Source: the human T2T-CHM13v2.0 reference genome, Homo sapiens. From it: DNA of 64,000 bases. The position numbers and the translations under genes were made by a program. The stretch lies in NCBI RefSeq assembly GCF_009914755.1, contig NC_060926.1; one strand, written 5' to 3'. Shown here one piece after another: positions 50,138-63,259 of this stretch. Position 1 is the first letter of the stretch. Every line of letters begins with the position of its first letter. The notes under the pieces were generated by a model that was given only the letters and a program-made list of their open reading frames with translations, was not told the DNA's origin and ran no database searches.

Positions 50138-50521
50138 TTTTAGCTGCCTGTTGATAGTCTTTGATAGCAATCCTTTTCAGAGCTATCACTATTATTTGGG
50201 TTCATTTGCTGGCCTCCTTTCACTCTAGAAATGTATGCTAATGGTTCTACTGTTGGCTGTACTCCACTCTACTGTTGGGGCTGAGGCAGAATTCTCAGTA
50301 TATATTTTCTGTAGATACAAATGTAAAATGTGATTTAGGAGTATTCATCATTTCTAACTTATTTTCTTATAAGCATAGATTCTTAGTAATATTAGGATCT
50401 GATCAGAACACATTGTCAGAAATTATATCTGTGAAACAGCTTGATTTCGAATCTAATTTGTTTAAGGTAACTTATTTATTTCATTACTTGTTTCTGAGTT
50501 TTGTTTTCCTTTTCTTAATAG

Positions 50522-53449
50522 AAAGCCATTCCCACTCAGACCAAAGTTCTAAGACTTCTCTAATGAGTGAGATGAGAAACGCCCAGTCTATTGGCCGCAG
50601 ATGGGAGAAACCATCTCCTAGTAATGTGACTGAAAGGAAGAAGCGTGGGTCATCTTGGGAATCAAATAATCTTTCTGCAGACACTCCCTGTGCAACAGTT
50701 TTAGATAAACAACACATTTCAAGTCCAGAATTAAATTGCAATAATGAGATAAATGGTCATACTAATGAAACAAATACTGAAATGCAAAGAAATAAACAGG
50801 ATCTTCCTGGCTTATCTTCTGAGTCTGCCAGAGAACCTAATGCAGAGTGCATGAATCAAATTGAGGATAATGATGACTTTCAATTGCAGAAAACTGTGTA
50901 TGATGCTGACATGGATTTAACTGCTAGTGAAGTCAGCAAAATTGTCACAGTCTCAACAGGCATTAAAAAGAAAAGTAATAAAAAAACAAATGAACATGGA
51001 ATGAAAACTTTCAGAAAAGTGAAAGATTCCAGCTCTGAAAAAAAGAGAGAAAGATCAAAGAGACAGTTTAAAAATAGTTCAGATGTCGATATTGGGGAAA
51101 AGATTGAAAACAGGACAGAAAGATCTGATGTCCTGGATGGCAAAAGGGGTGCAGAAGATCCCGGTTTTATTTTCAATAATGAACAGCTGGCTCAGATGAA
51201 TGAACAGCTGGCTCAGGTGAATGAACTAAAGAAAATGACCCTTCAAACTGGCTTTGAACAAGGTGACAGAGAAAATGTACTGTGTAATAAAAAGGAGAAA
51301 AGAATAACAAATGAGCAAGAGGAAACATACTCTTTATCCCAAAGTTCAGGTAAATTTCACCAGGAGAGTAAATTTGATAAGGGTCAGAATTCCCTAACTT
51401 GTAATAAAAGTAAAGCTTCTAGACAGACATTTGTGATTCACAAATTAGAAAAAGATAACTTACTCCCAAACCAAAAGGATAAAGTAACCATTTATGAAAA
51501 CCTAGACGTCACAAATGAATTTCACACAGCCAATCTTTCCACCAAAGATAATGGAAATTTATGTGATTATGGGACCCACAATATATTGGATTTGAAAAAG
51601 TATGTCACTGATATTCAACCCTCAGAGCAAAATGAATCAAACATTAATAAGCTTAGAAAGAAAGTAAACCGGAAGACAGAAATAATTTCTGGAATGAACC
51701 ACATGTATGAGGATAATGATAAAGATGTGGTGCATGGCCTAAAAAAAGGTAATTTTTTTTTCAAAACCCAAGAGGATAAAGAACCTATCTCTGAAAACAT
51801 AGAAGTTTCCAAAGAGCTTCAAATCCCAGCTCTTTCTACTAGAGATAATGAAAATCAATGTGACTATAGGACCCAGAATGTGTTGGGTTTGCAAAAGCAG
51901 ATCACCAATATGTACCCCGTTCAGCAAAATGAATCAAAAGTTAATAAGAAGCTTAGGCAGAAAGTAAATCGGAAGACAGAAATAATTTCTGAAGTGAATC
52001 ATTTAGATAATGACAAAAGTATAGAATACACAGTTAAAAGTCACTCACTCTTTTTAACGCAAAAAGATAAGGAAATCATCCCTGGAAACCTAGAAGACCC
52101 AAGTGAGTTTGAAACACCTGCTCTTTCTACCAAAGATAGTGGAAACCTGTATGATTCTGAGATTCAAAATGTTTTGGGGGTGAAACATGGCCATGATATG
52201 CAACCTGCTTGTCAAAATGATTCAAAAATAGGTAAGAAGCCTAGACTAAATGTATGTCAAAAGTCAGAAATAATTCCTGAAACCAACCAAATATATGAGA
52301 ATGATAACAAAGGTGTACATGACCTAGAAAAAGATAACTTCTTCTCTCTAACCCCAAAGGATAAAGAAACAATTTCTGAAAATCTACAAGTCACAAATGA
52401 ATTTCAAACAGTTGATCTTCTCATCAAAGATAATGGAAATTTATGTGATTATGACACCCAGAATATATTGGAGTTGAAAAAGTATGTTACTGATAGGAAA
52501 TCTGCTGAGCAAAATGAATCAAAAATAAATAAGCTCAGGAATAAAGTGAATTGGAAGACAGAAATAATTTCTGAAATGAACCAGATATATGAGGATAATG
52601 ATAAAGATGCACATGTCCAAGAAAGCTATACAAAAGATCTTGATTTTAAAGTAAATAAATCTAAACAAAAACTTGAATGCCAAGACATTATCAATAAACA
52701 CTATATGGAAGTCAACAGTAATGAAAAGGAAAGTTGTGATCAAATTTTAGATTCCTACAAAGTAGTTAAAAAACGTAAGAAAGAATCATCATGCAAGGCA
52801 AAGAACATTTTGACAAAAGCTAAGAACAAACTTGCTTCACAGTTAACAGAATCTTCACAGACATCTATCTCCTTAGAATCTGATTTAAAACATATTACTA
52901 GTGAAGCAGATTCTGATCCAGGAAACCCAGTTGAACTATGTAAGACTCAGAAGCAAAGCACTACCACTTTGAATAAAAAAGATCTCCCTTTTGTGGAAGA
53001 AATAAAAGAAGGAGAGTGTCAGGTTAAAAAGGTAAATAAAATGACATCTAAGTCAAAGAAAAGGAAGACCTCCATAGATCCTTCTCCAGAGAGCCATGAA
53101 GTAATGGAAAGAATACTTGACAGCGTTCAGGGAAAGTCTACTGTATCTGAACAAGCTGATAAGGAAAACAATTTGGAGAATGAGAAAATGGTCAAAAATA
53201 AGCCAGACTTTTACACAAAGGCATTTAGATCTTTGTCTGAGATACATTCACCTAACATACAAGATTCTTCCTTTGACAGTGTTCGTGAAGGTTTAGTACC
53301 TTTGAGCGTTTCTTCTGGTAAAAATGTGATAATAAAAGAAAATTTTGCCTTGGAGTGCTCCCCAGCCTTTCAAGTAAGTGATGATGAGCATGAGAAGATG
53401 AACAAGATGAAATTTAAAGTCAACCGGAGAACCCAAAAATCAGGAATAG
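50522..53449 (+). CDS. SGO2: SGO2 exon 7, giant 2928-nt exon (aa 235-1211)
   Basis: ttaatag| ESHSHSDQ...KVNRRTQKSGI G|GTAGGT. Lies in the open 1066-aa ORF and is phase-compatible with exons 6 and 8. Confidence 0.97.
51439..52611 (+). repeat. SGO2: Four ~294-nt (97-98 aa) coding tandem repeats
   Basis: Units start at 51439, 51733, 52027 and 52318. Shared motifs: DKxxIxxN, L(S/L)xKDxxNxxD, QNxSK, K(T/S)EII. Confidence 0.9.
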
Positions 53450-54782
53450 GTAGGTTAATAACCATTATGAAATGATAAAGTTTTAGAAGTGTTTTGTTTT
53501 TTGTTTTCGTTTTTTACTTAGCCAGTGAAGTATTTTCTAACTGGTATTTTTATGGAATTTAAAAACAATATATAACTGAGTACATGATCCATAGAAATAG
53601 CATGAAGGAATAAAGAAAGTTTCATACTTTGGGAAATAACAGTGAGAGTATCTTGGACATTTACAACTATAAATGGATTTGGCCTTTACCACAAACTTGT
53701 CTAATAAAGACCATAGGCAAATAATTTGCTTTTTCATACATCTGAAGGAAATTGAATGTTTTAAATGTATATAATAATGAATTGTACTGGTTTTTATTTT
53801 ACTGAAGACAGTTGCATGTTTCTTGAGAGTGAGACTCTTTCCCCATTCAACAACGTATATTTAATGTGATCAAACCCTTCTAGATATTATAGAGGACTGA
53901 AAAATAAACAATACCAACCCCCTTTCCTCAGATTCCATGTATGTAACAAACATCATGGTGAAATGGAATAAACGATTCTTTAAGCACATGTATTATGCTA
54001 AGGGATATAATGGGGAGTAATTTTGACTAGAGGAATCTTCAAACGCATCCTTAAATAGGTAGCATTTTAGGCCCTAAAGGATAAGTAAGATTTTTACCTG
54101 TAGTATTTACTTTTTATTTTTTTCCCAGTTATTAAAATAGTACTCATTGCAAAAAAATCAAAAGTAGAGAGTCAGAAAAAGGGAGGGGGAAAAAATCACC
54201 TGGGAGAACTTTAGTCCATTTACCATGTGCATGCAGACCCAAATCTATGGAATTTTAAATATATATTTCTTTTGCCATTAGAAATTTTGTAATATTAAAC
54301 ATTCCTATACCAATTAAAAATTTTTACTGGGAGCCTATTATTTCAATATATGTGTGTAGATCCCTAAGGTTTTGGCGGGTAAGTCAATTCCAGGTAAAAG
54401 CACACTGAAGCAAAAGAATTACAAAGGTTTAGAGTTGCAGGATTTGTTAGAAGACTGGTGAGACATTTTTTATCTTTGTGCTCCTCATGGTGCCTTACAC
54501 AGAGTGAGTGATCAATGGCATATATGTTGAATGAACTGTAATTTGTGTGCTTCCATGAAAAGAGTTGAACTAGGATGAACTTTGGGAGCCATATGTGATT
54601 TCAGAATGAAAAAGTTGTAGGCTACTTTGACAGTTTGTTTCAAATGTTAGTCTCTTTCCTCTCAAAATTGAATCAAGATTTAAAATTTGCTGTGGTGATT
54701 TGCAGACCACTATATAGCTCATATCTATTTGTATCTCTATATACTTTTTAAAATATTTGTGAAAAATAATATTCTTTTTCAG

Positions 54783-54933
54783 GTGATAGACCATTACAGG
54801 ACTTGTCAAATACCAGTTTTGTTTCAAATAACACTGCTGAATCTGAAAATAAGTCAGAAGATCTATCTTCAGAACGGACAAGCAGAAGAAGAAGGTGTAC
54901 TCCTTTCTATTTTAAAGAGCCAAGCCTCAGAGA
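54783..54933 (+). CDS. SGO2: SGO2 exon 8 (aa 1211-1261; most of the C-terminal SGO motif)
   Basis: tttttcag| GDRPLQDLSNTSF...SRRRRCTPFYFKEPSLR GA|GTAAGT. 151 nt. Confidence 0.95.
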
Positions 54934-55689
54934 GTAAGTATTTCAAATGATTTTAGTATGCCATTATAAAATATATCCTTAAAAAAATTTCTGCCTGAAT
55001 TAGTATTTGAGCACTTCTGATAATTCAATAAAATGTATATTATTGATATGTAACAACCACAGTATGATTTGGGTAAGAGTTGAAGAAATATGTCCTTTGG
55101 ACAGGCTATTTTTGGGGGGTTGGAGAATTGTCTGGATTTAAATTGATTTGCTTTTGGTTAGTTCCCAGTTCTACTACTGTCATATTTTAAATTGTAGCCT
55201 GATACTTATAATTTTTAAAATTTGTGGCCTGTGATTTGCAAGCCATTTTTGTTACCCCATTTGTTTATTTCCTACCTTGTTCCCTAGAAGTCAAAGTGGT
55301 TTATGTGTCCTTTACTCTCAAAGAATAACAGTCCTTTCTCTTTATTTTTGTAAATTTCAAACATACCCCAACAAAGAGAATAGTGCCCTCCTCCAATTTA
55401 TCCATTCCTCAGGTTCAACAGTTATAACACTTTGTCGAATTTGCTTCATGTATCCTTTTTGTTGTATTTTAGAGTCTCAAATATTGAGTCATTTAATTCT
55501 TAAAACACTTCGATATATCTCTCTCTAAAAAGTAAGAACTTAAAGTTCTTAGCAAAACTAGACAACAATGATCACATCTAACAAAAAAGAATGATTCTCA
55601 TGGGTATTTTAAAGCAATAACCAGCAGATGGCAGTAATATAAGGCAGGGTAAAAGAAAATTAAAAGTGAAATTAAGGACCAAGGGGCCT

Positions 55690-56870
<1,181 letters not shown>

Positions 56871-57623
56871 GTTAAACTTTATTTTGAACTAATTTTAGAC
56901 TTATGGTAAAGTTGTAAAAATAATACAAAGGTTTCCCCTATGGTCCTCTCCCAGCATTCCTTAATTTTAATGTCTTATGTGCCCACAGTAAAATTATCAA
57001 AACTAAAGAATTAGCATTGGTACAATACTATTACCAAACTATAGACTTTCACTAACATCACTTTCTGTTTCAGAATTCTATCTGGAGTCCCACATTGCAT
57101 TTAGTTGTTGTTTCTCCTAAGCATCCTCCAACCTATGACAGTTTTCAGTCTTTTTTTTTTTTTTCTGCCTTGGACACCTTTGAAGACTACTGGTCAGTTT
57201 ATTTTGTAGAATATCTCTCAGTTTGGGTTTTCTGATATTTTCTCATGATTGCAATGCAGTTGTGCTTTTTTGGCAAATATTTCACAGAAATTATATGTCC
57301 TTCTTGCCTCATTTCAAGGCTTCATCATGTCAGTGTGTTTCATTACTAGTCATGTTAGCCTTGATTCCTTGGTTAAGGTGGTGTCTGTTGGGTTTTTTAA
57401 CTGTGAAGTCACAATCTTTTCCTCTATTGTTAATGAACATGGGAGGGAGATACTTTGAGTCTATATATTCCATTTCTCAAACTTTCACCCACTAATTTTA
57501 GCATCCATTGGTGGATCTTGCCTGCAACAGTACTACTGTGGGTACTACTAGTAGTGATTTTTGATTTCTCCCTTTCCTTCTACATTAATTGGAATTCATC
57601 TGTAAGGAAGAGTTGTCTTTTCT

Positions 57624-57664
57624 ATAGATATAGATATAGATATAGATATAGATATAGATATATA
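57624..57664. repeat. (TAGATA)n hexanucleotide repeat
   Basis: Direct reading; about 6 units. Confidence 0.9.
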
Positions 57665-57849
57665 TCGTGGGTATCTCTTTTGTTCTATAGATGAAAGTCC
57701 AATGCCATCAATATTTATCTTGTTGCTCAAGTTATTCCAACTTTGACCACTAAGAGTTCCTTCAGGTTGGCTTCCGTGTCCTTTTGACATGACTTCATAC
57801 TATTTGGAGCACTTTCTTACTTTCTGACACACAGGATGTTCCAGTATGT

Positions 57850-58230
57850 CATAGTGGCTTAATCCTAGTGGCTTAAGTAGCAATCTGGATGCAGCTTAAT
57901 TAGGTGCTCTGCTTAGGGTCTGACAAAGCTGCACTAAAGGTGTCGTCCAGGCTGGTTCTCATCTGGAGGCTGTGCTGGGGAAGAATCTGCTTCCAAGTCA
58001 CACAGGTTGTTGGCAGAATTCATTTCCTTGTGGTTCTGGACAGAGGGCTTCATCTTCTTCTTGTTGACTAGAGGCTGTCCTTAGCTTCTTGCCACACGGC
58101 CTCCTTTACAGCATGGCCACTTACTTCAAAGCCAGCTGTGGAGAATCTCTAGAGCAAGTCCTGTAGCAGGATAGAGTCTTATATAACAAAATGTCATCTC
58201 GGAAGTGAGACATCTCATCACCTTTGCCAG
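57850..58230 (-). mobile_element. MaLR MLT1-type LTR fragment
   Basis: ggggaagaatctgcttccaagtcac...ttggcagaattcatttccttgtgg MLT1 motif. Confidence 0.65.
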
Positions 58231-58383
58231 TGGTCTCCTTGTTTATTGTAGAGGATCTATAGTATGTTTTAATGTCTGGTAGGGCTAGTATCCTCTCATG
58301 GTTTTTCTTTTTCATTGTTTCCCTCACTGTTCTTGAATGTTTGTTGTTACAAATGAATCTTAGGATGGTATTGACTTGTCTGG

Positions 58384-58597
58384 CTCGGTTTCATAACCTT
58401 GGCACTGTTGACCTTTGGGGCTAGGTATTTCTCTTTTATGGGAGGCTGTCCTGTGTATTGTAGGATGTTTAGCTGTATCCCTGACCTCCATCCACTAGAT
58501 GTCAGTAGCACCCTCACATTTATAACAACCAAAAATGTCTCCATATGTTGCAAAATTTCAACTGGGAGGCAAAAGCATCCTGAGTTGAAAACCACTG
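58384..58597. mobile_element. MER20 (hAT-Charlie DNA transposon)
   Basis: ggcactgttgacctttgggg...gctgtcctgtgtattgtaggatgtttagc...acaaccaaaaatgtctcca...gttgaaaaccactg. Confidence 0.85.
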
Positions 58598-58599
58598 GT

Positions 58600-60965
58600 C
58601 TATAAGTATTTAGTTTTCTTTGTTGCTATTATATATGGACATGTAACTGATGCCCAATGTTGTTCGTATATATGAAAGCTGTTGAATTCTGTGTCAGTTT
58701 ATATCTTGTTACTTTCTGAACTCTGTTATTCTCTTATCTCACTGATTGTCTTGAGTTCTCCAGGTATAGTATGATATCATCTGAAAATAGAGATAGTTTT
58801 ACTTCATTACCCTGTTTGTATGCCTCTTACTGTTTTTATATTAGCATTGGCTAATAACTCAGGTACAATGTTAAAATAGTAGCAGGAATAGTAGGCATGC
58901 TTGCCTTGTTCCTGATTTTAGTAGAAATGCTTCTGTTGAAGTATTTTTGTCTCTCCATTAAACAAGATACTTGCTGTAGGATTAAGATATGTACATAATT
59001 TACTAAGAAAATGCCCCTTGATGCCTATTGAGTGTTTTTATCATGAATGATTGTTGAATTTTGTCAAAGGCTTGTTCAGCATTTATGAAGATAGTAATAT
59101 ACTTCATTTACTTACATGTATTAACATGGCATCTGTTGATGAGTTTTCCAGTACCGAACTAACCTTGCTTTCCTGGAATAAATCTCACTTGATCACGGAG
59201 TATGTTTTTCATAATGTGATGTTGAATTGAGTTTGCCAAAATATTTTGTTTAGAATTTTTATATCAACATTCATAACTGATGTGAGTCTATAGTTACCCA
59301 CCTTTGAATTGTCTTTATCTGGCCTAGGTATCATATTAAGGGAATCAAGAAAGTCACCATCTTGGTTCCTTTAATGAAATAATTTATATTTCATTATAAT
59401 TTATAGTGCATTATAATTTATGTTTATAATTATTTGTATGTTATATACTTATATAATTTTAGAACAGTGGGACTCTCTGGTTTTTGTAAGTTTGTTAGCA
59501 TCCCCCTCTGAAACCATCTGGACCTAGTACTGTTTTGTGTGGGATAGTTCCTTAATAACGTTGACTGTTTTTTGTGTGTATGAAAATTAGTCTGTTTAAG
59601 CTTTTTTGCTGTAATGGGGTCAATTTTTGTTATTTGTATTTCCACAGGAAATTATCCATTTCATCTAAGATTTCAAATTTATTTGCATAAAAGTCTGCAA
59701 AGTATCTTTTATGAATTAGACATGTAAATTAATTTTAAATCTTTTTTCCCATAATTATTTTACCTATATCATTTATTATTTTTTGTGTTTGTTCTTTTTC
59801 TCTTTTTCTTGATCAAATTAGGTAGTAGTTTATTTATTAACTTTTCCAAAAAATCAGTACTTTGATTTACTAATTGGATCTATTTTTCTGTTCTCTACTT
59901 CACTGACTTCTGCTTCATATTTATTATTTCCTTCTTTGTGTTTTCTTTGATTTACTTTATTATTGTTGTTTTCCCATTAAAATTTATTGTTTTTATTCTT
60001 TCATTTATATAGATAACAGTGTTTTATGGACAGGCACAGTGGCTCACACCTGTAATCCCAATACTTTGAGTGGCTGAGGTGAGAGGATCACTTGAGCCCA
60101 AGAGTCGGAGACCAGCCTGGGCAACACAGGGAGACGCTCACTCTACAAAAAATTTAAAAATCAGCCAGGCACATTGGCATGTGCTTGTAGTCCCAGCTGC
60201 TACTAGAGAGGCTGAGGTGGGAGGATAGTTTGGGCCTGGTAGGTCAAGGCTGCAGTGAGCCATGATTGTGCCACTGCACAGAGAAAGATCCTGACTCAAA
60301 AAATTAAAAATAAAAATAAGTAAATAGAACACACACAAAAAAATTTTTTTTTAAAGTGTCTTTTGCAATCAATTTTTCTCTGATCAGTGCTTTCAATGTA
60401 TCTTGATTCTGATACATAGTGTTTTCAATGTCGTTTTTAAGTTTCTCCTTTTCTTTAGGAGTTATTAGGAGGTTTTAAAAATTCCAGGTAGATGAACCTT
60501 TCTGGTTTTTTGTTTTTATTTGTAAATCTAGTTTTATTGCATTTTGGTCAGAAATTATTTATTGTAATATTTCTGCTTTATGGAAATTGCCAGTATTTTC
60601 TTTGTGACCTACTATAGGATCAGCATTTATAACTGTGCTGTGATTGCTTAGATGTATATTCTCCATAATCAAGGTCTAAAGTTTGATATATATCCATGAG
60701 ATTTACTGTATTTATTATGTTGCTTAGATCTTCTGTTTCTTATTTTTTGTAAATAAGTGATCTGTTTTGTACTAAGGTTATACTAAGAGTTGTATATTAA
60801 AATCTACTGTGTCCTGTGTTTCCATGTATCTCCTGTAGTTTTTGCTTCAGAAGGGTGGTTGCTCTGCTTTTTGCTATGTAAATATCATGATTATTACTTA
60901 TTCATTTTGGATTATGGCCTTTATTATATTAAAAATGTCCTCATTTGTCATGTTCAGTGCTCTGG
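58600..60965 (-). mobile_element. Old L1M ORF2 fragments
   Basis: atatcatctgaaaatagagatagtttt and gaaaccatctggacctag motifs. Boundaries approximate. Confidence 0.65.
60028..60325 (+). mobile_element. AluJ
   Basis: gaggatcacttgagccca...aggtcaaggctgcagtgagccatgattgtgccactgca. Confidence 0.85.
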
Positions 60966-62926
60966 ACTAAAGACTTAAAGTCTTTAAGATATAAAGACTT
61001 TAAAAACATATTTATGAGACCTTCCTGATAACTCCTACCACTCCTATCTTCAATACCTATGATGATCATTCCATAATAGCAAGCAGCTTTAATTAGGATG
61101 TACTTTCATGGGAGCTACTAGAAGCTGTGATATACCTAGTGTATACCATTTCCAATCCAAAAAGAAGGAAGAAAAAAAAGTGGCAACTGGATGGTCATCA
61201 CTCGGAATTTATACTGAATGTTGTGGCTTTTGCTTTTAAAAATTTTACCAACTAAGCTGTATAGCAAATCATCTGCATGCACTGTACATTTAAACTAAAA
61301 TAGAACCTTATTTCCTTACAGCATTTTGCTGTGTTTTATTTAGAATAGGTACTTCTTTTGAAAGGATTAATTAAACTCTATCTAATTACCCAAGGCAGTG
61401 GTATCACACTGGCTCTGAAGAGGAGTACGAAGGAGTGAAAGAGACCTTTCCACCTAATCTTGTATACCTTTTTAAATTTGGGACCATGTCTATGTATTTC
61501 ATCTAAAAACCACATTTACACACATGCATGTAAAATATAACTAAACTCCATAACTTGAAACATGATGTATTAGGTGCAGGAATCTACCCTCTTACTGAAA
61601 AAATAAAATTATTGGGTAAAATACTAAAAAACATACCTTGAATGCATTTCTTAACTAATGACTATTAGCCAACCAACATTTCTTTTAGTAGGAAAGTAAG
61701 AAAAGCTCAGATCAAAGATCAAATGATAGCAGGAACTCAGAGGGGAACTGACCTTATCCTGAAGATATTTGTCTAACTAGGTGAACCTAAACATTGCATT
61801 CACAACCCTATGGGGCTAGGGACAGAAGACAAATCCTAGGGTTTATCCAAAATAAATAGTCTAATAGATCTTCTTCCATAAAGTTGATCTACTTTCTCAG
61901 TAAAAGAGCAAACTAAAAATAACCTCCCCACTAGCTTGCTCAGCCCCAGGAAATAACTTGGGTGCTGAATTAAGGAGGAAAAAAATCTTTCCTTAGAATT
62001 CATAACCAAAATACAGCCTTTATTGCAGATTATAGCTGGAATTCACAATATTTCGAAGGCAAAAAAAAAGTTAAGCTGAGGATTTAGTATAATTAGTGCA
62101 TGAACTATAGTGCTCTGTTGTCTATTAGAAGCAAATATTTTGTAGGGAGTTGTCCATCTCACACCTCAACATGTTTTGCACAGCCAAAGTTCCAAGGAAA
62201 ATGAAGGGCTACCTCATAGTAAAGAAAAACATTACATACACAGGGGAACAAGGTATCAGCAGAAACAGCAATCAGACACAGAATATAAAATGTTTAATGT
62301 TTCAATAAAGGAGAGGCTTGAAAATGAATGAAGATGTTGAGTGGAAAAAGTCACAGAAAAACACCTACAGTACGATTCCATTTATATAAAGATATCTATC
62401 AAACAGATAAAACCAAACAATATACTTTGTGGGAGAGCAATACACAAACGCTTAAAACAAAACTGTAAAGAAAGGAGTGATAATAGAATTCAGGATAGTG
62501 GTCCCTTTTTGGGGGAGGAGAGGGTTGTGATCAGAAAGGGGCATATTGGAGGTGTGGTAATATTTTGTTTCTTAACCTGGGTGTAGGAACATGAGCATTT
62601 ACTTTGTTTTTAAATGGTATATTTTCACATGTTCTTGAACATATGCTAAATTTCTAACAAAAAGGAACTATGTAATAAACATGTAATATATAAAATCTAT
62701 GTTGATTAATTTTTCTTAAATATTTGAAATGAATTATTTGAAGTACTCTGATAGTGAGAACTATAAGATTTAAGAAAAATTAGAGTATTTCAAGTATTTA
62801 ACAAAGCTTATGGTTTAAGGAAACTTCTTTTCTACTGATATGATGAAACAATTTTCTTCTCCATGCTTCAGAGCAAAAGCATTAATTTTGGGTTGTTATT
62901 AATCTTCCTTTTTTTCTACTTTGCAG

Positions 62927-62942
62927 CAAGATGAGAAGATGA
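62927..62942 (+). CDS. SGO2: SGO2 exon 9 coding part ((D)KMRR*)
   Basis: Strong polypyrimidine tract and ttgcag|, then C AAG ATG AGA AGA TGA. Brings the spliced CDS to 3798 nt = 1265 aa + stop. Confidence 0.93.
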
Positions 62943-63240
62943 AGTGAATTTATGGATTCTGGTTTTTCTGAATTTTCAAAGCATAAGGAATCAAAACAGA
63001 AATATAGTATCAAGAAGATGAAATGCTTAATGAAAAGGTTTTTTTTTTTGTTTCTTTGGCCTTTCATGGAGTGTTGATTTGTCCATTCTTAATGTTTATT
63101 AATAGGTATATGTGCATAAAATAGCTATTTTGTAACATTAAACTTTTTGAGTCATTTTGGTCATCATATAACTTACCTTCCTGTTTATTTAAGCTTCTTT
63201 TTACCTAGTAGCCTTTAACCAAACAATAACCTTTTAACCA

Positions 63241-63259
63241 AATAAAATGTGTTAATAAA
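63241..63259 (+). terminator. SGO2: SGO2 polyadenylation signals (tandem AATAAA)
   Basis: AATAAA at 63241-63246 and 63254-63259, followed by GT/T-rich downstream sequence (~63290-63315). Implies a 3' UTR of ~330 nt. Confidence 0.8.

Noticed and set aside
50275-50521. N-terminal ~82 aa of the 1066-aa ORF
   Set aside because: Intron 6 sequence that happens to be open. It starts at a non-ATG codon and contains the polypyrimidine tract and AG at 50520-50521.
51268-51273. Site of a recalled pathogenic frameshift at Glu485 (GA deletion, ovarian insufficiency)
   Set aside because: The sequence reads AGA GAA with the frame intact, so the variant is not present.
53450-53475. C-terminal extension RLITIMK* of the long ORF
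   Set aside because: Read-through past the exon 7 donor. Nearby AATAAA hexamers are expected by chance in AT-rich intron sequence, so there is no support for a real terminal exon.
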